64,000 nt of DNA from Spongospora subterranea f. sp. subterranea (lineage: Eukaryota), in the NCBI GenBank assembly GCA_049724395.1, contig JAUGWO010000075.1:1-64000 (forward strand), in the 5' to 3' direction. Of this stretch, positions 25,579 to 37,600 are shown in pieces. The stretch's first letter is position 1, and each line of letters starts with the position of its first letter. The translations under genes and the position numbers were made by a program. The notes beneath the pieces were generated by a model. The model worked only from the letters and a program-made list of their open reading frames with translations. It had not been told where the DNA came from and did not search any database.

Positions 25579-26910
25579 TCAGTCCCATTGCACTCCGCCA
25601 TATGGGACATGCCCCAAACGAGGAGTTAGTTCACCTCGCAGATCGCTTTCCATCAGCTGCTTCAGTTTGCTGCCACGAAGACCCCGGCCCATAAGGAATC
25701 CCAGCTTGGTTACGCATGATTCAACCGTCATGTCGCGGCCACTTATCAGCTCCAAATCTAATAGCTGAGTCCCTGTCGAATACGACGTTAAGTCGATGCT
25801 TCCTTTTCGACCTGCACGATTTTTGTCAAAAAAAGCGAAACATCGATCTAAAAAGCAGTTCTGACATTGAGTGGCGACGACAATTTCAACGCGGTGGGAT
25901 CTCAGTTTTGTTAACGCAAACATGAATGACTGATTGGAATGACTCGGAGCGTTTCCAGATCCGTAGAGCATGAACACAATTCCGAGGTCTTCGTCATCGT
26001 CAGGGATAAGTCGCTCGAGAACCTTGTCGTCGAATCCAGGGACTAACCAAATAACGATAATGTTCGAAAAAATTTCTTCGAATACGCGAAGTGGCTTTCT
26101 AGGCATTGCGTTAATGTGGCCGTGAAGATTCACGTTGACCCCAAACGTTGCCAACGCTGGACAATTAGGCGATTCGAATGCCGACACTCCCCAATTGTCT
26201 TTCTTTTTAGTTCGGTTACCTCGAAAGAGTTTTTCGCCAAACAAAAGACCTATACAATCTCTTGAGTATCTATTTTCCAACTAAGCCAAACGAAGCACAT
26301 ACAAACTTCCGGTATGCATAGATTACCGGCTGCCAATAAACCAATAGTTAAGTGTCGCCGTGCATCGGTATAGGCACGATGAATTGGGATCTGTGAACCA
26401 GTAATAACGACTGCGAAGATAAATACAAAGCTGGAGGACCGAAGAGACTAAAACCTACTGGGCTTGGCCAGGTTTTCGAAAGCAAACGACAAACAAGATG
26501 CTAAACAATGTGTTCAAGGAATGAGTTAGCGGTACAATGATAAGCCCTACCAGTATAGCTCATCGTATCGGTTCCGGAGAGGATCAGAAACCCACCATAT
26601 CTATCGTAATTGTCGCGGATTTGCTTGATCAACAGCTGCGGAAAATCAGTTCGTGCGAAAAGGTCAACCGGAACCATCAAACCTTCCAAAGCTCAGGGCG
26701 CATATTGGAGCTGTCTATCAGAGGCTGCCACTCAATCACATCGTACTTGGGTAATTTTGTTTGGTTGAACGAGTAAACAGAGGGAAGCATGGCACTGAAA
26801 GCTCCAGGGCGGGGTTCCAAAGCACCATTGTCACTCTCAAACATGCCGATTGTCCCACCGGTGCAAATAATGAGCACTTCGCTCTTCGAAGGATCGGCGG
26901 ATGTTGACAT
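25579..26910 (-). CDS. Type I (cytosolic) L-asparaginase, multi-exon, no ankyrin tail
   Basis: Motifs IICTGGTIGM, LIDSSNM, SGTDTMSYT, FENLAKPVVITGSQIP, KLFRGNRTKK, AFESPNCPALA, YGSGNAP, DMTVESCVTKL and DLRGEL. Confidence 0.92.
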
Positions 26911-27346
26911 GGAGACCGCCGGCAATAACATTCAGTGTGCGCAGTGCCGGAAACAAATATCCACACTCCAAGGTGGGCCTTCGTCAGACTCGTCACACAG
27001 TCGTTGAAACAAGCGTTCAGCCGCAGCGCAGCCCAGGAACCACAGTGACGTCCGCATGCGCAACTCCTGGAGTTCTGGGACAACCTCAAGTCACGGACAG
27101 GGAGACCTCAAACCACTTTGTTGTAGTTTCGGTTTTGCGTCACGTGATTCGTAGTCTGTTAATAGGATAGTAGTGTACGCAATATGGTCCTGTAGTTTGC
27201 TTGTCAGTCTGCCTTTAGATACAGTACTGTCGCAGTGCGCGTCTGTACAGTGCAATTTTGAGTTTGTCTGAATTGAATTTGAAAAATGCGCAAAAACGTG
27301 CGTAAAAGATAAGTGTGCGAAGAAGATTTTTGAAACTTTTGTATTT

Positions 27347-27820
27347 TTAAACTTCATTTATTATGGACTGCGGAATGGATCTGTGGCTCTTATACCAATG
27401 CACGGCGAACTCAACTTGTCGCATTATTGAGTCTTGGCCATTTTTATACCGATACGCGTCCATGTAACCCCAGCATTTCCGTGCAAATGTACGAATGGAA
27501 GTCAGGGACACAGAATTTGAAACTTTGGACCGAGCTGCCTGCATAATCCATTAAAGGTGTAGTGGCAACGGGTGCGCATATATTGCTTGCAGATACATTT
27601 CTAAAATTGAATTCGCAGTGGAATGTCGGGTAGAATATGATGCACTCTCTGGCATTGGACACAGTTTCGCAAACCATCCTTTTTTTATTCAAAAAATCAG
27701 GCTGACTCACTAACACTGCGCAAGCCTGGCTTAATGACAAACCAGTTGGAGGCCACAGATGGCGCTCGGCAAGAATTGTATGGATGCCCTTCTGGATCCC
27801 TGCCGCAGTTTGCATAAACA
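27347..27820 (-). mobile_element. Frameshifted relic of the C-terminal part of an IS630/Tc1/mariner-related DDE transposase
   Basis: QKGIHTILAERHLW...LVSQPDF...IFYPTFHCEFNF, then in another frame SVSLTSIRTFARKCWGYMDAYR...YKSHR. This matches the 'KG...L.ERGL / QPDF / YPKFHCELN / RYM.AY / YKSHR' transposase-type family. Confidence 0.75.
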
Positions 27821-28746
27821 GTTCAACTCCGATCCCGCAGTTCGCAAAAAAGTCAGCGAATCTGACGCAGATACGTTTGCGCAAGCCACGCAAAATACAA
27901 ATTGCGCGCTCGTCTGAAAAGTCCGCTTTAAATTCGCGCGTTTTTTATCAACTTTGTGAATAGCAATCATCGAGATCTATCGATTTTTGCTGTGTGGAAG
28001 TCATCGGTCAACCGTGGCGCCTCTTGAAGTGAGTGGATACACTGCGCATGACAGCTGGACTGTGGAGCTTGTCATTAGCGGTGTATGAGCTGGTGACTAC
28101 GAGGAAACCATGTCTGTTAAGAAGAAGACCAGTTCCAAAATGTCAACTGAATGTGACCTAGGGATGTAAATGATTCGATGTGAAATCGACGCGGACATTT
28201 ACTTGACGGCTCAATATCTCACAAAAGCCAGGTTTGTTGTCAAACCGCATCGGTTTCATCGTCAAAGAGTTGTGAATGGTTAAAACAATATTAGTAATAT
28301 TCCTTATACTTAAAGTTTCACATTCGATACCATATAAAACTATTCAAGAAACAACAGGTCATGACCAGCTTTTCTCCGAGCTCATCATCTCCCTGAACCA
28401 CCAACGATGTTTATTTTTTCAGTATCGAGTTTATGTATCTGGTTCAACATCAACCCTCAATTATTCAAAGACTTGGCTAAACTTAAAATCCCGGTTCTGC
28501 GTCGTACATACTGTAGATACTTTTGAGCCATAGACTTGCCGAGGAGAGAGCCCCGATTGTGACAGCGCAACCCGTTGGCCCAGTGCTGCTGGTCTCAAAA
28601 TGGATGAGTGGAGAGTGTAGACTGTGTAACATTACCATGAGCCTCTATCTCGTCAACTCAATAAATTATCGAGGTGTAATGGGCATTTGTCATTCGATAT
28701 CGGGTTTGTGATTATCTGTGCTGAAAAACACGGCAACGCCAGTCTC

Positions 28747-30917
28747 ATGACTCGGGACTGGAAGGTCGTTGGCGACGACGCGCTGAAAGCCGGCGATAAC
28801 ATTGCGGCTGAGCAAGCTTACACGAACGCCATCGCTACCGCCGAGGCTAACGCAGATTTGAATCGGTATCAGCTGTATGCAGCTCGTAGTGCCGCGCATC
28901 ATAACGCCAAAAATTTCTCCAAATCGTTGGAAGATGCAGAGCGTGCAATCTTTCTGAAGCCTTCTTTCGGGATCGGTCATCTTCGAGTTGGGCATGCCCT
29001 TGAAGGGTTGCAACGCCTCGAAAAAGCATATGAATCCTATAAAACTGGTCTTGTTCATGATCCGACAAACAAATACCTTATTCAAGCAAGGGATGCCATC
29101 GTGAAACAAAGAGACAGGGCAATGAAACACCAACAACCTTTCCTGGAAGGTGGCGAGTTGACGGCGAATTACCAGATTTTTCTTGAATGGCTTCAGGAAG
29201 GAAATGCATACGTAATAATGCTGCAAAACAAAGTTGATAGTACTCAACGTTGCGTTGCATAGTTTCCCAAGATCACCTTACGAGAATACACAAATGAGCA
29301 TCGAGGAGTGCATGCTTTATCCGACATAATAGCTGACGAATTGCTGACATCGATTCCAAGGTCCCTTATCATCACAACGGAAATTGCCATTCAGTCCGCA
29401 ATAGGCAAATCCATAATTCGTTCTGTAAGTTCTTAGGCGAATTTGTTTCTCTTGTCCCATCAATACCGTATAGGGAGTCGAAATAAGGAGTAGGCATTCT
29501 TTATTGGCTGCTTTTCTTTTGCAAGAGCGAGCGCGTCCCTTATCAGATCCGTCGTTCTGGGCTCCATATCTCAATGTGTTGCCTGAAAAGTTCGAAAATA
29601 TTCCTCTCAATTTTTCTCGCGAAGAGTTAGCATATTTGAAGGGGTCGATGGTGATTGACAAAATAGATAGCCGAGTCGAAACACTAAAATCGGAATATCA
29701 ACGGTTGATCGAGGTCAGGATTATATTTTTCACTATTGACTCTAAAATTTTTGTCAGAATGTGCCGGAGTTCAAACAGTTCACATATGACGACTTCGCCT
29801 GGGCACGATCTATTGTTATAACCCGAATTTTTGGGATATGCGTTGACGGTCGGAAAACTGAAGCTTTAGTACCGTTTGCTGATTTTCTTAACCATAGAAG
29901 ACCTAGGGAGGTATTATTTCGTTTCTTTGTTTTTGCAGTTCTGATCATGCTGTTAGACTGTGTGGGTTTATGAGCCCTTGACAAGCGCATTCACAATTAC
30001 AGCAATTGGTTGCATTAATGCCGGTGCCCAGGTATTGTTTCTAACATACACTTCTATCAATTAGAATCGAAATTGGTTTCAGATATCAGATTCCTATGGT
30101 AGAAAATGCAATTCGAGGTAATCACAGCATTTTGCTTGATTAGTGCTTCAAAACTAACGACATGTTAGGTTTTTTACCAATTACGGGTTCAGCCTGGCAG
30201 AAAATGACGATAATGAGGCCCTGATTCGCATACCAGTCAATCAAGAAGATCCGGCTCTTGACCGAAAGGCAATCCTGTTGGGCGACGAAGAGTTCGAGTA
30301 TGCTTCAAAAATGGTCGAGAATTTGCGAATAATGAAGTTGTTTCATCAGGTTTGAGAGATCCTTCAGCGTCCCTGCCAATGTCAATTGTGGCGCTGCATT
30401 TGATGAAATGATGTCTTATCTACGATTGTCGTCCGCGTCCAATTCAGAACTAGATACGTTTTATGGATTAAGCGTTCCAAATGTAACTAACATGCTATTC
30501 CAACTGATCAAATGGTTTGCTAACCTGTCGATGAATTAGTTGAAGCGTGTATTGCCAATGAACCACCGGAATGAAACGGCATCGCTTCAACTATTGAAAA
30601 TGGCATGTAAGCGCTCATTATCCTTGTTTGATACAACAATTGAGGAAGACGACGAGCTTCTAACCTCACCATCCCTGACGTCCAATATTCGAAATTGCAT
30701 TTTGATGAGACTAGGCGAAAAAAGAGTTCTAAGTTACTTCATCACGTTCGTTGACGATATGATTCCACTGTTATCTTTTTCTCAAAGTGATATCGAATGG
30801 GTTCTCCGAAGTTGCATCAAGCGGAATTTCTGCGGTGCATTTGATGTTTATGTCAAAAGCGTCGTCGAACCTCTTATCCGGGTTCGACAGAACAATAGGT
30901 CCGTTGCATTGCCATGA
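28747..30917 (+). CDS. TPR + SET-domain protein methyltransferase (SETD3/Rubisco-LSMT type), multi-exon
   Basis: Three TPRs (WKVVGDDALKAGDNIAAEQAYTNAI, LYAARSAAHH...SLEDAERAI, GHLRVGHAL). SET motifs SFWAPYLNVLP, FAWARSIVITRIF, LVPFADFLNH and SYGRKCNSRFFTNYGF. Substrate-binding domain with FDTTIEEDD and RLGEKRVL. Confidence 0.88.
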
Positions 30918-31089
30918 TAGAAGATTGCATAATGAAACAACAATAATTATTTACCATAAAACATATATTATTGATTTGCCGCTCTCAAGAACCTCGTCTC
31001 ACGAAACCATTACAACTGGTATGAAGTGATACCCCTGATCTTATTTGACGGACATTAATAATTATTGTGAACCGTGGCAGACATAAGTA

Positions 31090-33333
31090 ATGATGATCAG
31101 ATCTTCTCTGACGTCATCGGCTGTGTCGTCATTCGGGGTGTTTATCATCACCCTGTTCATATACCTTAAAACAATGCGCCCAGGAATGTCAGGCGGTGAC
31201 GCCATGGAGTTTGCTTGTTGTGCATGCAACAAGGTATAGGCTCATGCACCATCTCATCACCATTCAATTCACATACAATTTCTAACAATCATTTCATAGA
31301 CTTCATAGCAATGTCCATACCAGTTCTATTCACCCGTTTTGCCATGTTTTTGTTGTTTTGCGGGCTTGATCGTTTGATAATTGGTTGGTGATGTAGAGTG
31401 TGGCACACCCACCTGGTTACCCATTATGGCTGGCGATTCTCAGCGCCGCTTTACGTATTCCGCTCGACGTCCGCCCTGTGCTCATGTTCAACACAATCGC
31501 CGCGATTGCCTCGGCTTTGGTGAGAATCTGGATTAGTACCTTGTGACGCTATCAAATGTTTGTTTCAGGCTTGCGCCGTTTTACATTTAGCTGTTCTCAA
31601 GATAACTTCCAATGTCAGAAAGACTCAAGAATCGGTCTCTTATACAGCGGCCTGGATCGCTGCCATCGGTTTCGGTATGTCACCGACTGTTCGACTTTAC
31701 GCAGCACAGCCGGAAATATTCGCCTTAAACAATCTCTTCGCCGCAATTCTCCTTTATTCAACATTCTGGTTGTTCGACAACCCGGTTCCTTATCGATTAT
31801 GGGTTTGCGCTTTGATCAGTGGCCTTTCGACCACGAATCAGCACACAATGGTGCTCTATATCATCCCCGTTGCTGTTTACATCGCGTATCGCTACCCTCA
31901 TTTGATGAAATTGCCTGTGTTAGCGTCGGCTTCATGCGCTTTCCTGGTTGGGATTCTCCCCGCGTATCTCTGGCTAGCGATGTTGTCCATAACACAGCCA
32001 CCTCATTCGTGGGGAGATTTGTCCAAACCAGCTGGGCTCATCCGTCATTTCCTACGACAGGATTATGGCAGCTCGTTTCAATTGGTTTCAGCAACGTCCA
32101 CCTCTTCCAGTAGTGATGGCGTACTTTGGCGTCTTTTTGTTTATTTCCGGCATTTGATCATTGACGACCTCGCCGTTATCTCAGTCCCTATCACATTGGT
32201 CGGATTTTTCACTTCAACGCAGCTGAGATTTGTCACGGTTCTTCCATTTGCTTACATGTTTTACACCATCGTATTCCACGCTCTGGCAAATCTGTCCTTT
32301 GCAAAAGATCTGAATATAGGTGTGGTTTCTCGATTCTGGATGCAACCCCTCATGATCGTATTCGTATTTGTCGCCCTTGGGTTTCAACGCCTTACCCGTA
32401 ACTTATCGCCATCTACGGTTGCAGTCACCATCAAATCGGGGTTGGGGTCTTTTGGCGCTTGTCGTCGCTCTGGGATGGAGCAAGCGCGATTTCAGTTCTG
32501 ACCGAGCTTTGGATATCTATGGCCACTCTTTGCTCGACACTGTCCCTGATAATGGAATCCTGTTGGTTCACGGCGATCTTGAGACGAATCTGTCGACCTA
32601 TTTGCAATCATGTGAAGGCGTTCGTCGAGATATATCCATAATCAGTATGGGGCTGATGACATGGCCTTGGTTTGTCAATCGGAACCGGCACCATTATCCC
32701 GATGTCGTCTTTCCCGGAAATCGCTTCCACCCGATTCTCGGCGGGTTTTCACTGGAACAATTCCTGGACGCCAATATGCCCCATCGTCCAATAACAATCT
32801 GTGGCCCAATTCCTCAATGGAATGGTCAGGACCTATCGCAATCCTCTCGATATCGTCGCATATTCAACGGCGTCTGCTCGTCGATCGTTTACGCTGTCGA
32901 CGGGGAACCAAATGTCGCCCAAATCCGCCGCGGTTTGTTAAATGTGCCCGACCTGTCGGCGTTCTGTCCGGCGATACATGGCGCCGACTCCTGGGAGCGG
33001 GAAGCGTATCAGATTGCCTGGACAGCACAGCTGAACTTGTTTGATCAGCTAGGTCCACTGCTGAACAGCACCGTCGACGATAGCGCCATCACGCTGGCGT
33101 CATCCATCGCCGCCTCGATCATCTCCGAGACCAGATTTCCCGTTTCCAGCGATGATCTCTGGCACGCCACCATTGTCTATGGCCTCCTTAGCCAAACGCA
33201 GAAATCCGCCGAATTCGCCCTTGTTGCGTCGGCCAGGCGTCTGCTGACTGTTGATCCAGACCACGAATCTGCAAAGGGCATTGTTCTTGAAAAGTTCAAC
33301 CCGTGGCGGCAACAGAAAATATCCAGTCTGTAG
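31090..33333 (+). CDS. TMEM260: TMEM260-family (DUF2723) membrane glycosyltransferase / protein O-mannosyltransferase homolog
   Basis: Motifs PGMSGGDAMEF, VAHPPGYPLW, YAAQPEIFALNNLF, GLSTTNQHT, SWGD...HFLRQDYGSSFQL, VVSRFWMQ, LLVHGDL..N...YLQSCEGVRRDI and FSLEQFLDAN. One extra G in the G4 run at 32444-32447 splits the frame. Confidence 0.88.
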
Positions 33334-34601
33334 TGGAATCGGGTAAATCTTGAATATCGCGTATCGCCATTCTATCTCATTATTTGACCTGGCCTGCATA
33401 TAATATTGTGTAAAATCACCTTGCTTCATACTGGTCATTGTACGGCTGAACACAAAAATGATGACGACCGTTTGATATCATTGGTGATATCGAAAACATG
33501 TACGCTCACCTACTTTGCATAGTGTCGCCAGATAATAGGAAGCCACCCACTTCCTTATAAACACATGTAGTATGCAGGAGCGTAGTGCAATATGGGAACC
33601 AATACAGCCGTAATATCATCCCGGTAGAAATAAAAACGGAGCGCGAGTGAAAGTGTGGAGATTATTAGGGATCAAGTCGGAAAATGGCTGAACTTGTTCA
33701 ACAACGCTTGAATGGTGTGAAAGTAGCGAACACAATCTATGTTTCTTGTACAGGAACGACAGATCGTGAAGACTGTGGGAGACTGAAAACAAATAATGTG
33801 TATGCGTTGAGCTGGCGACATGATGAATCCCTACAGTTGCAAAACCAAGGTAGATTACGACATTTTGCTGAGTGTGGGACATTCGGGTGTACTGGAGTAG
33901 AAAATCGCTCGCAACTGTGTTTCAATTCGTGGTTTACCCATCGGGTCGAGGAAAGATAATCAATGGCGGGGAAGATTCCCACAAATTGACTGTAATGTGT
34001 TTTCATCGAATTGCGGTTCGCGTTGAGATCCAAAAATCATGGGCAACCACGAATGCTGCCTCATGTCCTTCAACACTGTGTCAAAAGCCAGATGAAGGTA
34101 AACTGCACCAGCGATCCAACTTGGGCTGCGAGGTCCCGGATGGCGACAGGGAATCAACCACATCCTCTGAAGGATCCCTCAGTCAACGCATTCACGCATG
34201 ACCTTCATATGATGATGTGTCGCCATGGCAATGGGGGATGGAAGGCCTTGCGTGTGTACAGACGTAACTGTTGAAGTCATGAACACCCTCATGGATGTAT
34301 GGTGATCCAGGAAATATGCTGGTCAGGTGGAGCTAGACTCGACTCGCCGGTTGCGTCGTGGTTGCACCCCTGCTCCCCAAGTCGAATCTGGTTCCGCCTG
34401 TACACCAGCAGCATATTTCCTGGAGTGTATCTTCTGTATACAGCACGGGGGGTGCAGTGCGGCATTGAGTACCAGTGTACACAATGGGTCAATTCGATGA
34501 CCAAGTTGCGCAGTCGGGTTGAGTGATCTGCGCAACTCCCCTTCCGCACTTCACTTTTGCCATTTTTTTTTTCATTCCAATTTTGAAGCCGCATTTTCCA
34601 T

Positions 34602-37600
34602 ATGCGCTCGCCGTCCAGCGTCGATGAAGTCATTCCGCCTACAGCATCTAGACGCCTCTTGCCGTTATCTCTTCTAGTTTTTCTGATCGCCTCTATTCTT
34701 GCAATATGCTGGTCTGGTTTGTAATTAATACGAACTTGACCGCAATTTTTCTATTGGTTCATTACTCAAATTCTAAATATCCTTTAAATGAGTTGATTTT
34801 TGTTTTATATTGCTCTGAAGTCTTGATCTTACAGGATTATCAAATTGTGTAGTTGGTTCTTCTAATGTTAACTAAATCCACAATATGGAACACCATGTCT
34901 ATAGTTCAATCGCATTGCTTTATCGCTATAGTATTTATTACATTTGTTTTTTCGTTAGTGATGTATTATTGCCCTGGTGCTATAGTCCTTTATAGATGCT
35001 GTAGTGGCTAGAGTCCTTATTGCTGTTGCCCCATTGCTGTAGGAAAGAGCAGTCCATTCTGAATTGGGCCACAGCAACTTTCGATATTCAGGTTCAACTA
35101 GAGCTACAATGGGGCCAAATCATTCTGGTCGTTTTGGTCTCCAGCGCGGCTATGTCATATACAGCCGCCCGCCTCTGGGTGCAAAAAGCGCTGCACCCAC
35201 GACGCACCGGTGGCAACGTTGAAATCACTACCGCGACGGCCGAATTTTTTGACAAGCTCGCTGTTACTGATGTAATTTCGCTCATTATTTCAATATGCTG
35301 TAGAATTTACTAAATCGTCCACTCAAGGATCGCAGCGTTGCTGACGATTTTCAGCGAATGGAGAGAATATCCCGACTGCCAGAGCACCGCGATCAGATTG
35401 AGACTAGCTTGATCGCCATGACACCTGAGTCGCGTGTATTCGCTTCTTTCGCTCGTATTTCGACCCAAATCAGTGTCGAAGAGTTTCATGAACTGTATTC
35501 GGAGTATATCGAGTGGATCCATCTTGACTGTGGCGAGATAGTACGTCAGCCATTTTGCTCATTTGCTCTCTCCGCTTGTTCATTGTGTTTCAGCTTTACC
35601 GACGCGGCGATATCCTGGGGGATAATGGAATGTATATGGTGATTGAGGGTGATATATCGGTCCTGTTTGCACAATACCTGATGGAGCTAACCTGTTTGTG
35701 ATAGGCTCTGTATCATCTTATCGAGAGAACACGTCGACACCATTTCAAAGGTTCCAGTCGGGTGATCTGGTCGGCGATTTGTCCATGCTCTCAAACTGTC
35801 CCAGATTTGCCACTACAAAGGCCGACAACAAAGGTAGAAACCAAGGTGTCGGTTTCCGCTGTGTTAATTATATCGCCTGTAGTCGAACTTATCCACATAT
35901 CCCGTCGAATGTTCTTGGCTCTTGTCCGCCAACATCCTGCATGGGTCCTGTCATTTATCAGAACATCAGTCTCCCGTAATTGGTATATTGCAGAGTTCGT
36001 GTTGCGTGATTTTCTTCAGATACCAGATGGGGGAATCCGTCAGGTTTATTCATTCCTACATCTACACGCATTCGCTTTGGTTGTTAACCAAAATTCAGGA
36101 TCGCGTTTCCGCTTTTTTTGCACCCAATTCACCTGGCGCGGAACTATTTGAAAAACTCGATTCATCATTCGAATCGCTGGAACTCTCATCAGGGCAACTC
36201 GTTTACGATCCGTCAACTACGAAACGGTTCATCTACGTTTTGAAAAAGGGGCGTGTCTGCTTAACACCGCGCCCTTTGATTAGCGATGGTCGTGCCGGTA
36301 TGTATCGCCTGAGTCTTCAAGTCGCAAACAGTAAATAGTTCGACGCAACATTCAGGTGTGGAATCGTACTCTCCCCATCAATCAGTTGAGATTGGGGTCG
36401 GGTCGGTTTTTGGTGGAGCGTCTTTCGTGACCAGCTGTAGCCACCAAGAATCGGCACGATGTTTGACCCCATGTAGCGTCGCTCTTATCTCAGCTTCGTG
36501 TTTTATGTGCGTACCTTCTGTATTTAACGGTTTTGGCACTCAAATTTTTGCTACGTGCATTTAGCACTATTCTTTGTTAATATTTATGCATTTTCAAATA
36601 TCAGCGGTTCAGGTCTGGCCCCGATGCTGGGATTGTTGACTTGCTGATGTCGATTTGTGAGGACCTCATCTGCCCAGTTTTACGCCAGTTCGAAGAGTTG
36701 ACATTCGAACGTCATTGGTAAGTGCTTAAATCGTCAGGGTTGAATCTTTCTCCTCTCTGCGTGCTTAGTTTGTGTGGATCCTTTATATCTATGTAATTCG
36801 CTTTTAATGCATTTCTGGATTAGGGTGCCTGCTGGGAAGTTGTTATTCAAATCAGGCGACCCGGCAGATGAATGCTACATCCTCGTTAGCGGCCGATTGC
36901 GAATATTTTCGTTGCGTCCTGACGGCACCCCGAAAACATTGCTTGAAGCGGTGCGAGGAGAATCTGTCGGCGAGCTCACTCTTCTTTCTGGTGATGAAAC
37001 ACACAGTAAGATGATCATCCGCTTTGGTCCTGCAGGTGTTTTACACTCGGATTTCTAGGTTTTAACTGCATTTCCGTTCGCGATTGTGAAATCGTTCGCA
37101 TTCCACTACAAGCGTTTATCGATCTTCAAGTGCGCTATCCACACTGCTTGAAGCGATTTACCACTATCATCGGTACGGGACCAGATAATAATTTTCTTCT
37201 CCTTTGGAATGTCACGATTTAATGTTTGTACAGCCCGGCGACTACGAGAAGTCAGTAAGACATCATCAGCTCATGGCGCCTCCTTTGCGAAGATCTCCAC
37301 CATTGCAGTAATTGCATCAAACGCATTGCCACATATTGTGAATAATGTGTGTGCGCGTGTAGATAATGCCGACTGGGCCCGATGTCGCCATTAATGCATT
37401 TGTTGACCGCCTTGCCGAGTCGCTTCGTTTCTACGGATCAACGTTGCATGTAAACCGCGAAATGATGTTCGAAAAGGCTGCTGAAAATGGTCATGTTGAC
37501 AGTGGAACGAATCTTGATAATGATGAACGTACGTTTTTCTGCTCATTACCGCATTATATTTTCGTTATGTGCTTTTTGTCGCAGGGCTTCTTCGAGCCCG

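Noticed and set aside
32440..32450. TMEM260 as a split gene or pseudogene
   Set aside because: Removing one G from the G4 run gives a continuous TM helix (IKSGLGLLALVVALGW), and both halves retain family motifs.
33600..34540. Several short overlapping ORFs between TMEM260 and NTE1
   Set aside because: I found no recognisable motifs or consistent splice structure, so they are left unannotated.
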